DNA from: an uncultured Acidobacteriaceae bacterium
GTDB lineage: Bacteria > Acidobacteriota > Terriglobia > Terriglobales > Acidobacteriaceae
Assembly (NCBI GenBank): GCA_963710885.1
Contig: CAVQCF010000039.1
Location: forward strand, 102,153-166,152
Direction of reading: 5' to 3'
DNA length: 64,000 bases
Shown here piece after piece: positions 45,478 through 54,819 of this stretch. Both the position numbers and the translations under genes were made by a program. Within the stretch, counting starts at the first letter, position 1. Every line of letters begins with the position of its first letter. Below the pieces are notes generated by a model. The model was not told where the DNA came from. It saw nothing but the letters and a program-made list of their open reading frames with translations, and made no database searches.

Positions 45478-48400
45478 ATGTGGATTGTCCGGCTCGCTTT
45501 ACGACGGCCTTATACGTTTGTAGTGCTCGCGATCTTGATCCTGGTGCTGGGGGCGTTCTCCATTGTGCGGACGCCGACAGACATTTTCCCGAATATCAAT
45601 ATTCCAGTCGTCAGCATCATTTGGAATTACAACGGACTGAACGCGCAGGATATGAGCGACCGCATCGTCTCTGTGACAGAGCGTACGCTCACAACCACCG
45701 TCGACAATATCGAGCATATCGAGTCGCAGTCGCTCAATGGAATCGCGGTGGTGAAGGTTTTCTTCCAGCCTAAAGCCAGCGTTGAGCGCGCTATCGCACA
45801 GGTGACGGCGGTTTCGCAGACTCAATTGCGGCAGCTGCCGCAAGGGACGACTCCTCCCCTGGTCATCAGTTACAGTGCGTCCAGTGTGCCCATTCTGCAG
45901 CTTGCACTCTCCGGAGGAAAGCTCTCCGAGCAACAGCTGAATGACTTTGGACTCAACTTTATCCGCACCCGACTGATCACGGTGGAAGGAGCCGCGGTTC
46001 CTTATCCGTATGGCGGCAAGCAGCGGCAAGTGCAAATCGACCTGGACACGGCTGCGCTGCAGTCGAAAGGATTGTCGCCGCTTGATGTGGTCAACGCAAT
46101 CAGTGCGCAGAACCTGATTCTGCCGTCGGGAACGGCGAAGATCGGATCGAAGGAATACGACGTCGATATCAACGGCAGCCCGACCGACATCGCGGGCCTG
46201 AACCAGATACCGATCAAGACCGTGGGCAGCAGCACGATCTACATTCACGACGTGGGTTGGGTGCGAGATGGATTTCCTCCGCAAACCAATATTGTGCGGG
46301 TCGATGGGCAGCGGTCTGTGCTGCTGACGATTCAGAAGGCCGGGAACGCGTCCACATTGGATGTCATCTCCGGCATCAAATCGTTGCTGCCGCAGATCAA
46401 GGCCAGTCTGCCGCCGGAACTCGACATCAAGCCGCTGGCCGACCAGTCTATCTTTGTGCGCGCGTCGATTGATGGCGTGATCAAGGAAGCGACGATTGCC
46501 GCATGTTTGACCGGGCTGATGATTCTGATTTTCCTGGGAAGCTGGCGCAGCACTCTGATCATCGCGGTTTCGATTCCGCTGTCGATTTTGACGTCGATCA
46601 TCGTGCTCAGCGCTCTGGGCGAAACGATCAACATCATGACGCTGGGCGGACTGGCGCTGGCGGTCGGGATTCTCGTCGACGACGCAACCGTCGAGATCGA
46701 GAATATCAATCGAAACATTGCGCAAGGAAAGGAGATTCAGCAGGCAATTCTTGATGGCGCGCAGCAGATTGCGGTTCCTGCGTTTGTTTCGACCCTTTGC
46801 ATTTGCATAGTGTTCGTTCCGATGTTCTTTCTGACTGGTGTTGCACGGTATCTGTTTGTGCCGCTCGCCGAATCGGTTGTGTTCGCGATGCTCGCCTCTT
46901 ATCTGCTGTCGCGCACGCTGGTGCCGACCATGGCGAAGTACCTGCTGCGCGGTCACGAGCAAGAGGCTGGGCACATCCCCGGGTCGAGCAGCAATCCTCT
47001 GGTTCGTCTGCAGATTCGGTTCGAAGAGGGCTTCGAGCATCTGCGCGAGCGCTACCAGCGGGTGTTGGAAGGCTGCCTGAACCATCGGCGAGGATTTCTG
47101 TTGGGTGTGCTGGCGTTTTCCATCGTCTCGCTGGCGGCGCTCATTCCTTTCCTGGGGCAGGATTTCTTTCCCACGGTCGATAGTGGTCAGTTCAAACTGC
47201 ACCTTCGCGCTCCGACGGGGACTCGCATTGAAGAAACCGCGCGGCTCTGCGACCTGGTGGAACAGTCGATCCGGCAGCAGATTCCGCCGTCAGAAGTTTC
47301 CAGCATCATCGACAACATCGGGATTCCCTACAGCGGCATCAACCTGTCTTACAGCAATTCGGCGCCAATTGGGTCGGCGGACGCGGACATTCTGGTCAGC
47401 CTTTCGACCGACCATCGGCCGACCGACAAGTATGTGCACGATCTGCGGTTCAGTTTGGCCGAGCGAATTTCCAGGCGTTACTTTTGCTTTTCTTCCTGCC
47501 GACATCGTGAGCCAGATTTTGAACTTCGGGCTGCCTGCTCCGATTGACATTCAGGTGGCGGGTAACGATCTGCAGGGAAACCGGCGCTATGCCGACAACG
47601 TGCTGCAACGAGTGCGCGGAATTGCCGGGACCGCAGATCTGCGGATTCAGCAGCCCTTCGACCAGCCCGAACTTCACATTGATGTGGATCGCACCAAGGC
47701 GAACCAAATCGGATTCACGCAGCACGACGTTGCGCAAAATCTGCTGGTCTCGCTGAGCGGGAGCTTTCAGACGTCGCCAACATTCTGGCTCGATCCGAAC
47801 AATCGCGTGAGCTATTCGATCGCGACCCAGACGCCGCAGTACCGGATTCAAACGTTGCAGGACCTCGAGAACATTCCGGTAACGGCGGCCTAACCCCGCG
47901 GCGCCTCCAGAGATTCTGGGCGAGTTTGGCATCGGTCAAGCGGCAAGTGATATGCCGGTCGTTTCGCACTACAACATTCGTCCGGTAATCGATATTTACG
48001 GATCGGTGCAAGGCCGCGATCTGGGCGCGGTGGCGCGACGAGATTCAATCGGATCGTCGCCGAGACGCAGAGATCCTTCCTCGCGGGTCGCAAGTGATTG
48101 TGCGCGGGCAGGTGCGAACGATGCGGTCGTCTTATATCGGTCTGCTGGCCGGGCTGGCGTTTTCGATCATGCTGGTGTACCTGCTGATCGTGGTGAATTT
48201 CCAGTCGTGGCTCGATCCGTTCATCATCATCTCGGCGCTGCCTGCGGCGCTGGCGGGAATCGTATGGTTTCTGTTCGTCAGCCACACCACGGTCAGCGTG
48301 CCGGCGCTGACTGGCACCATCATGTGCATGGGCGTGGCCACCGCCAACAGCATTCTGGTGGTGAGCTTTGCGACCGAGCAGATGCAGGGAGGAAAAGACG

Positions 48401-48672
48401 CGATCGCGGCCGCGCTGGAGGCCGGGTATACGCGATTTCGTCCGGTGTTGATGACTGCCTTGGCAATGATCATCGGCATGGTACCGATGGCTCTGGGATT
48501 GGGCGAAGGCGGCGAGCAGAATGCGCCGCTGGGCCGCGCCGTGATTGGCGGTCTGCTTTTTGCGACGGTCGCGACTTTGTTGTTCGTGCCAACCCTGTTC
48601 AGCGTGCTGCACGGATCTCGCCGCAGCATCGCTGGGCAGGAAAACCAATCGAATCTTCAAGAGTCCCGGTAA
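45478..48672 (+). pseudogene. RND (AcrB/HAE1-type) inner-membrane efflux pump, interrupted by about 5 frameshifts between 47.46 and 48.08 kb
   Basis: The N-terminus MWIVRLALRRPYTFVVLAILILVLGAFSI... is clean to ~47465. The correct frame then moves to the 47105..47893 ORF (FPGVTFAFLPADIVSQILNFGLPAPIDIQVAG...ENIPVTAA). Near 47891 it moves to NPAAPPEILGEFGIGQAASDMPVVSHYNIRPVIDIYGSVQGRDLGAVAR. Three more shifts fall at ~48037, ~48050 and ~48075 (DEIQS / RIVAETQRS / LPRGSQVIVRGQVRTM). From 48094 to 48672 the sequence is clean (SYIGLLAGLAFSIMLVYLLIVVNFQSW...LFVPTLFSVL). Confidence 0.8.
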
Positions 48673-48784
48673 GAAAGTGGGGAAGTATGCCAGTTGAAAC
48701 AGCTGCGGAAGACAAAGTGACGATCGAAGAAGTGACGTCACAGTATCAAAAGTCCGTCAAGCCCCAGCATGGATAGCCGCGATC

Positions 48785-49897
48785 GTGGTGGCCGTGGCGG
48801 TCATTGGAGCTTTGAGCTTCGGCATTTTGCCTCGGGTCACTGCTCGGACGACACTGCGCAAAGAAAACGCGCAAATGGCGCTGCCGACGGTCGCAGTCAT
48901 TCATCCCGAGCGTACTGCGCAAGCCGAAGAAGTTGTGCTTCCGGCGAATGTGCAAGCCTTCATCAGCGCTCCAATTTATGCCAGGACGAACGGCTATCTG
49001 AAGAAGTGGTACGCGGATATTGGGGCACACGTGAAGGAAGGACAACTTCTGGCGGAAATCGAGACACCGGAAGTCGACCAGCAACTGCAGCAGGCGCGGG
49101 CGGATCTGGGCACGGCGCAGGCGAACCTGCACCTTGCGGAAATCACGGCCAACCGCTATCAGGACCTGCTGAAATCGAATTCGGTTTCGCAGCAGGAGAC
49201 CGACAACGCGACCGGGGCCTTGGCCGCGAACCAAGCGACCGTAAAGGCGAACCAGGCGAATGTAAGCCGGCTGCAACAGTTGCAATCGTTCGAAAAAATC
49301 TATGCGCCCTTTAGCGGAGTGATCACAGCCCGCAAGATCGACATCGGCAATCTGATTGACGCCGGCGCCAGTGGCGGCGCGAAGACTGACCTTTTTGACA
49401 TCGCTCAGCCAGACAAACTGCGCGTCTATGTCAACGTTCCGGAGGCATACTCTCAGGCCGCAAAGCCTGGTCTGACTGCGGACTTAATGCTGTCTGAATT
49501 TCCAGGACGCCGCTTTCAAGGGCGTTTGGTGCGAACGGCCGAGGCCATCGATCCCGCCTCGCGCACATTGCTGGTGGAAATCGATGTGGTGAATCCGACG
49601 GGCGTGCTTCTAACTGGCTCATATGCGGAGGTTCATCTTAAACTTCCGGCGGGAAGTTCGTCCTACGTGGTCCCAGTGAATACCTTGCTGTTCCGCAAAG
49701 AAGGACTCCGGCTGGCGGTAGTGAAAGATGGCAAGGCTGTGTTGACGCCTGTAACGCCAGGTCATGATTTCGGCGATCACATGGAGATCGTCGGAGGGCT
49801 GCAGGGCGAGGAGTCGATCATCGTGAATCCGCCGGATTCGATCATCTCTGGACAGGCTGTACGAATTGCGCAGGCGACGACAGGAGATGCTCAATGA
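48785..49897 (+). CDS. RND-type membrane fusion protein (HlyD_D23 family periplasmic adaptor); the 5' end is probably disturbed by a frameshift
   Basis: 370 aa from the GTG at 48785. Lipoyl-like motif GYLKKWYADIGAHVKEGQLLAEIETPE, a coiled coil, APFSGVITARKIDIGNLI, and a beta-barrel. An ATG at 48687 with an SD reads MPVETAAEDKVTIEEVTSQYQKSVKPQHG and then stops at 48776. It would join the WIAAIVVAVAVIGAL TM segment after a 1-nt shift near 48770. Confidence 0.8.
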   Translation: MVAVAVIGALSFGILPRVTARTTLRKENAQMALPTVAVIHPERTAQAEEVVLPANVQAFISAPIYARTNGYLKKWYADIGAHVKEGQLLAEIETPEVDQQLQQARADLGTAQANLHLAEITANRYQDLLKSNSVSQQETDNATGALAANQATVKANQANVSRLQQLQSFEKIYAPFSGVITARKIDIGNLIDAGASGGAKTDLFDIAQPDKLRVYVNVPEAYSQAAKPGLTADLMLSEFPGRRFQGRLVRTAEAIDPASRTLLVEIDVVNPTGVLLTGSYAEVHLKLPAGSSSYVVPVNTLLFRKEGLRLAVVKDGKAVLTPVTPGHDFGDHMEIVGGLQGEESIIVNPPDSIISGQAVRIAQATTGDAQ

Positions 49898-51438
49898 ACT
49901 GCGGAGCGTTTGCAAACTCGAGGTACAGGATCGCGCTGCTGGGATTGTTCATTCCGATCGCGCTCTTAGCTGGATGCGAGGTGGGTCCGCGTTACGCTCG
50001 CCCCAACGTGCCCGCGCCGCCGGCGTACAAGGAATTGCCGGCCGATTGGACGACGGCGCAGCCCAACGATGCCATTGCGCGCGGAACATGGTGGGAGATT
50101 TTTCAGGACGCGAAGCTGAACGAACTCGAAGGTCAGATCAACGTATCGAATCAGAATCTGAAAGCGGCCGAGGCGCAGTACATTCAAGCCCGAGCGCTGG
50201 TCCGGCAAAATCGCGCAGACTATTTTCCAACCATCACGACGGGGATTTCGGCGGTCCGGGATCATCAATCGCAGAATCGGCCGCTCTTTAGCCAGGCAAG
50301 TACTACGTATACCGATATAGTGTTGCCGGTGAGTGCATCCTACGAAGCCGATGTGTGGGGTCGAGTGCGGCGGACTGTCGAGGCCAGCCGGGCCCAGGCA
50401 CAGGCAACCGCTGCCGACCTCGAAGGCGTCCGTCTGAGCCTGCACGCGGAACTCGCGTCGGATTATTTCCAGCTCCGGGAACTGGATGCGGAGGAGCAAC
50501 TTCTTTCGTCCACCGTCACGGCTTACGAAGAGGCTCTCGATTTGACGCAGAATCGTTTTAAAGGCGGAGTTGCATCCGCGGTGGACGTAGCGCAAGCCCA
50601 AACTCAACTCGAAACCACACGCGCACAGGCCATCGACATCGGCGTGCAGCGAGCGCAGTTCGAACATGCGATCGCAGTACTGGTGGGGACGCCGGCCTCC
50701 ACGTTTAGTTTGGCATCGTCCCCGCTCACACTGGCGCCGCCCGTTATTCCAGCTGGGATGCCTTCCGAACTGCTGGAGCGGCGTCCTGACGTGGCTGCTG
50801 CCGAACGCCGTATCGCCGCGGCCAACGCCACCATCGGCGTCGCGAAGGCTGCGTACTTCCCGAATGTGTCATTGTCAGCCTCGGGGGGATTCGAGAGCAA
50901 CACCATCACGAACCTTCTGTCAGGGCCAAGCGGATTTTTGTTGGCTGGCGCATCTGCGATGGTGACCGCCTTCGATGCGGGACGACGCCACGCCGTGTCG
51001 GATCAGGCGCAAGCTGCATACGATCAGTCTGTGGCCAACTATCGTGAAACGGTGCTCGGCGCATTTCAGGATGTGGAAGACAATCTGGCCGCGCTCAGGA
51101 TTTTGCAGGACGAGGCAAAGACCCAGCAGGCTGCGGTGCAAGCTGCGCAGAATTCCCTGAATCTCTCACTGAATCGCTACAAGGGCGGCGTGACCACCTA
51201 CCTGGAAGTGATTACCGCGCAGGGACTGGCACTCTCTGATGAAAGAACCGCGGTACAGATTCTGGGTCGCCGGATCACGGCAAGCGTGTTGCTGGTGCGG
51301 GCGCTGGGAGGTGGATGGGACAGTTCGACTCTGCCGCAGAGGCCGGAGTGCTGTGGCAGGTTGATCAGTCAAACCACAGGCGCGCCCGCGGCAAATCCGC
51401 AAGCGGTGGCCGCACCGGAGAAGTCAGGATCCCGCTAA
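49894..51438 (+). CDS. Outer-membrane efflux lipoprotein, NodT/OprM family
   Basis: 514 aa. Lipobox LLAGC. RPNVPAPPAYK...WW..F.D..LN is typical of the NodT N-terminus, followed by two OEP repeats. The start overlaps the MFP stop (ATGA). Confidence 0.85.
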   Translation: MNCGAFANSRYRIALLGLFIPIALLAGCEVGPRYARPNVPAPPAYKELPADWTTAQPNDAIARGTWWEIFQDAKLNELEGQINVSNQNLKAAEAQYIQARALVRQNRADYFPTITTGISAVRDHQSQNRPLFSQASTTYTDIVLPVSASYEADVWGRVRRTVEASRAQAQATAADLEGVRLSLHAELASDYFQLRELDAEEQLLSSTVTAYEEALDLTQNRFKGGVASAVDVAQAQTQLETTRAQAIDIGVQRAQFEHAIAVLVGTPASTFSLASSPLTLAPPVIPAGMPSELLERRPDVAAAERRIAAANATIGVAKAAYFPNVSLSASGGFESNTITNLLSGPSGFLLAGASAMVTAFDAGRRHAVSDQAQAAYDQSVANYRETVLGAFQDVEDNLAALRILQDEAKTQQAAVQAAQNSLNLSLNRYKGGVTTYLEVITAQGLALSDERTAVQILGRRITASVLLVRALGGGWDSSTLPQRPECCGRLISQTTGAPAANPQAVAAPEKSGSR

Positions 51439-51463
51439 GGAAACGTCAGCCCTGTTTCTGGTC

Positions 51464-53536
51464 TTAGTCGGGCTGCCGCGCGATTCCAAGGCGGCGCATC
51501 TTGTAGATCAGCGTCGTTCTCGGCATTCCGAGGCGATTTGCCGCCCCACTGGAACCGCCGAGCACCCACTGGGTTTCGCGCAACGCTTGCAGAATGTGGT
51601 CCCGCTCTGCGTCCTCGAGGGTGACTGGTGCGGGTCCGGGATTCTCACGAGCCCGGGCCAATTCCGAGACTGGCGCGCACAGAATCTTGGTTTGCGACAG
51701 GATGACCGCGCGCTCGATGAAATTCTGCAGCTCGCGAATATTTCCCGGCCAGTCATAGCGCATCAGCGCCTCCAGCGTTTCCGGGGGAATGACGTCGATC
51801 CTCTTGTTCATCTGCTTGCCGTAGTGCTCCACAAAGTGAAAAACAAGCAGGGGAATATCTTCGCGGCGTTCGCGGAGAGCAGGCAAACGAATGGGGAAAA
51901 CGTTCAGCCGGTAGTAAAGATCGGCGCGAAAGGAACGATCCTCCACCATCTTCCCCAGATCCTGATTGGTGGCGGCGACGAGCCGAACGTCCACATGGAT
52001 GGACCGGCTGCTGCCGAGGCGCTCGAACTCCTGCTCCTGCAAGACGCGCAGCAGCTTGGGCTGCAGTTCCGAAGGGATATCGCCGACTTCATCGAGAAAC
52101 AGCGTTCCCTTGTCGGCCACCTCGAATCGGCCCACCTTCTTCGCGATCGCTCCGGTGAACGCGCCTTTCTCGTGGCCGAACAACTCGCTCTCCAGCAATC
52201 CGGATGGAATCGCGGCGCAATTGAGTTTGGCGAATAGATTTTCGCGGCGGGAGCTGAGATTGTGAATCGCCCGCGCCACGAGTTCCTTGCCCGTTCCGGT
52301 TTCTCCCTGGATGAGCACGGTGGAGTTGGTCGGAGCCACAGTCGAGATGTGCCGTAATACTTCCCGAATGGCGGGCGTGTCTCCCAGAATTTCGTCGAAG
52401 CCGCGCTCGGCGCGGATCTCCGTACGGAGATAGGACGTCTCTCCCGCCAGTCTTTGCCTCGACTCATCGACCTCGCGGTACTGCATCGCATTGTCGAGCG
52501 CAATCGCGACCTGATTGGAAACCTGCTGCAGAAAATCCGCATCGGCTTCCGAGAAGCGATGAGGATGCCGGTCCAATAAGTGCAGCACCCCAATTTTGCG
52601 ATCGCCGCGCAGTAGCGGCAGAAAGCAGCCGGATTGCACTCCCTCTTGAAAATTCAATTGCAGAGAACTCACGTGCAGGGCACGGGGGGCGGTTTCGAAG
52701 AGGACAGGCTCGCCGGTCTGAAAGGCCTTGCCGGGACTGGATCCGTCGATGGGAAGTTGCGTTTCCTCCTGCAGAAAGCCGCGCCCTTCGGGAAAATCGA
52801 GGCCGTGGATTTCCAGTTGTTTCTTGGACGCGTCGGGCAACGAAAGGCAGGCCCCATCGCACTGCATCGCCAGGCGCACCCGCCGCGGAATGACTTTAAA
52901 CAGTTCCGTCAACGACAGGTTCGATACCACGGCGTTGTTCACGTCGAGCAGAAGTTTCAGGCGGTCCCGTTCGCGAGCGACCTCTGCCTGCAAGTTGGAC
53001 GCCTCCTGAGAGTTCAACGCGTTCTCTACGGCGACGGCAACGTGGCTCGCAGCCAGCGTCTGAATCTCGAGTTGGTCCAGCGCATACGCGTTGGGCGCCG
53101 TGTGCCCCAAACTGAAAGCGCCCAGTCTTCTTCGCGGAGTGCTCAAGGGTATGCTGCAGAATGACCGGACTCCATATTCCCGCATCAGCTTGATGGGGCG
53201 CGCGAAGCGATCCTCACGATTGAGATCGTCAAGGACGAGAGGCTGCTGATTCGACCAGACCCAGGCGGACGGCGACTCGTCCATGGAAAACTCCATTCCC
53301 GGGCGAACGGTGTCGGGGCCATCGGAATTCAAGATGTGGACGCGCATGACATTCCGCGTCGAATCGTAGAGCAGCACGCTGAGATAGGTGAAATCAATGA
53401 TGGGATGAAGCCGGTGAGCGAGGTCGGTGAATAACTCTTCCAGGGTTCGGTGCGACGTGATGGCCGACGCGACCTCCAGCAAAGCAAGATAGCGCTCAGA
53501 CAGAACCTGGCCTTTTTCTTCAGAAATACTTTGCAT
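51464..53536 (-). CDS. Sigma-54-dependent transcriptional activator with N-terminal GAF domains (no receiver domain) and C-terminal Fis-type HTH
   Basis: The track ORF extends to 53947, but that would overlap the divergent gene. I use the ATG at 53536 (MQSISEEKGQVLSERYLALLEV...), giving 690 aa. AAA+ core has GETGTGKELVARAIH, ESELFGHEKGAFTGA (the GAFTGA motif) and TLFLDEVGD. The HTH is AANRLGMPRTTLIYKMRRLGI. Confidence 0.85.
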   Translation of the reverse strand: MQSISEEKGQVLSERYLALLEVASAITSHRTLEELFTDLAHRLHPIIDFTYLSVLLYDSTRNVMRVHILNSDGPDTVRPGMEFSMDESPSAWVWSNQQPLVLDDLNREDRFARPIKLMREYGVRSFCSIPLSTPRRRLGAFSLGHTAPNAYALDQLEIQTLAASHVAVAVENALNSQEASNLQAEVARERDRLKLLLDVNNAVVSNLSLTELFKVIPRRVRLAMQCDGACLSLPDASKKQLEIHGLDFPEGRGFLQEETQLPIDGSSPGKAFQTGEPVLFETAPRALHVSSLQLNFQEGVQSGCFLPLLRGDRKIGVLHLLDRHPHRFSEADADFLQQVSNQVAIALDNAMQYREVDESRQRLAGETSYLRTEIRAERGFDEILGDTPAIREVLRHISTVAPTNSTVLIQGETGTGKELVARAIHNLSSRRENLFAKLNCAAIPSGLLESELFGHEKGAFTGAIAKKVGRFEVADKGTLFLDEVGDIPSELQPKLLRVLQEQEFERLGSSRSIHVDVRLVAATNQDLGKMVEDRSFRADLYYRLNVFPIRLPALRERREDIPLLVFHFVEHYGKQMNKRIDVIPPETLEALMRYDWPGNIRELQNFIERAVILSQTKILCAPVSELARARENPGPAPVTLEDAERDHILQALRETQWVLGGSSGAANRLGMPRTTLIYKMRRLGIARQPD

Positions 53537-53700
53537 GACTGCAAAAATCCTTCCCCACCCCAAGGCAACGTGTCGGAAGCTGTCGACGTGCAGACCCGGC
53601 GGAACTTCGTCTCTAGAGTTCAGATGAGGCAACGTGCGGGTTGGATTCAATAAGCGCTTTGCTGTCAAGCATGTGGAAGGGCGCCGGACAGTGTCAAGAA

Positions 53701-53716
53701 TGGCTTGCGAAATGCA
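53701..53716 (+). promoter_or_regulatory. Candidate sigma-54 (-24/-12) promoter for the aldo/keto reductase gene
   Basis: TGGCTTGCGAAATGCA has GG at 53702-3 and GC at 53714-5, the exact GG-N10-GC spacing of the TGGCACG-N4-TTGCW consensus. It ends 61 nt upstream of the ATG at 53778 and faces away from the adjacent sigma-54 activator gene. Confidence 0.5.
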
Positions 53717-53777
53717 ATCAGATAGGCGTAGTTGGAAGGGCAAAGCGAGCGTATAACTGGCATAAATGGAGGGTGAA

Positions 53778-54749
53778 ATGGAAACACGACGATTAGGTAA
53801 CAGCGACTTAATGATTACCCCGATCGGCATCGGCGCGTGGGCCATGGGTGGAAGCGGATGGGCGTGGAGCTGGGGGCCGCAGAACGATAACGACTCGATT
53901 ACAGCAATCCACGACGCTCTCGATCGCGGCATCAATTGGATCGACACGGCAGCGGTCTACGGGTTGGGACATTCCGAAGAGGTGGTGAAGCAGGCGCTGC
54001 GTGGACGGAATCATCGGCCCTACGTGTTTACGAAGTGTGAGCGAACTTGGGACAAGGATGGAAAGCTCGGAGGATCTCTGAAAGCGGCGTCCATTCGACG
54101 GGAATGTGAAGACAGCCTGCGGCGGTTGGGCGTGGACGTCATCGATCTTTACCAGATTCACTGGCCAGAACCGGATGCGGACATTGAAGAGGGCTGGACG
54201 GAGATGGCGCGTCTGAAGGAAGTGGGTAAGGTCCGACATATCGGCGTGTCGAATTTCAATGTTGCGCAGATGAAGCGGGCGGCGGCAATCGCACCCATCA
54301 CTTCCCTGCAGCCGCCTTACTCGATGCTGGCGCGTGACGTGGAAAATTCCATTCTGCCGTTTGCCTTGCAGAACAAGATTGGGGTCATCGTCTACTCGCC
54401 GATGTATTCCGGCCTGCTGAGCGGTGGCATGACTCGGCAGCGGGTCTCGTCGCTGGCTGCGGAAGACTGGCGATTGCAGAATCCAAACTTCCGCGAGCCG
54501 TTGCTTTCGAAAAATCTCCGCCTCGTCGAGTTGTTGAAGGAAGTCGGCGGACGCCATGGCAGAACGGCGGGACAAGTTGCCATCGCATGGACGCTGCACA
54601 ACCCGGCAGTGACGGGCGCGATCGTGGGAATGCGCAATCCGCAGCAGGTTGCGGGAGTGATCGGGGCGGGAGCGTTCCGGCTGTCCTCGAAGGAATTTGA
54701 GGAGATTGAAGAGGCCTTGCAGCAGGAAGTGGCAGCGCTGCAAAGGTAA
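53778..54749 (+). CDS. Aldo/keto reductase family oxidoreductase
   Basis: The track ORF starts at 53766. The ATG at 53778 has GGAGGG 5 nt upstream (METRRLGNSDLMITPIGIGAWAMGG...). AKR motifs: INWIDTAAVYGLGHSEEVVG-like, IDLYQIHWP, VRHIGVSNF, QPPYSML. Confidence 0.9.
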   Translation: METRRLGNSDLMITPIGIGAWAMGGSGWAWSWGPQNDNDSITAIHDALDRGINWIDTAAVYGLGHSEEVVKQALRGRNHRPYVFTKCERTWDKDGKLGGSLKAASIRRECEDSLRRLGVDVIDLYQIHWPEPDADIEEGWTEMARLKEVGKVRHIGVSNFNVAQMKRAAAIAPITSLQPPYSMLARDVENSILPFALQNKIGVIVYSPMYSGLLSGGMTRQRVSSLAAEDWRLQNPNFREPLLSKNLRLVELLKEVGGRHGRTAGQVAIAWTLHNPAVTGAIVGMRNPQQVAGVIGAGAFRLSSKEFEEIEEALQQEVAALQR

Positions 54750-54819
54750 TCCGGTGATTCTTATGCGAAGTGGAGCAGGGAGCGCGAGTCGCGCCTCCCC
54801 CATGCCCTCACGGTTGTGG

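Noticed and set aside
45499-47202. 567-aa minus-strand ORF opposite the RND pump
   Set aside because: It is antisense to a canonical AcrB-like sequence, and its translation is an Arg/Gln/Asp-rich nonsense pattern.
53537-53947. N-terminal 137-aa extension of the sigma-54 activator ORF
   Set aside because: It would run through the divergent promoter region and overlap the AKR gene start. The extension is low-complexity with no domain. The ATG at 53536 begins the GAF-like sequence.
54778-54799. GC-rich hairpin (GGGAGCGCG AGT CGCG(C)CTCCC) between the convergent AKR and permease genes
   Set aside because: It is plausibly a bidirectional terminator, but it has a bulged stem and no U-tract on either strand. 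Too weak to call.
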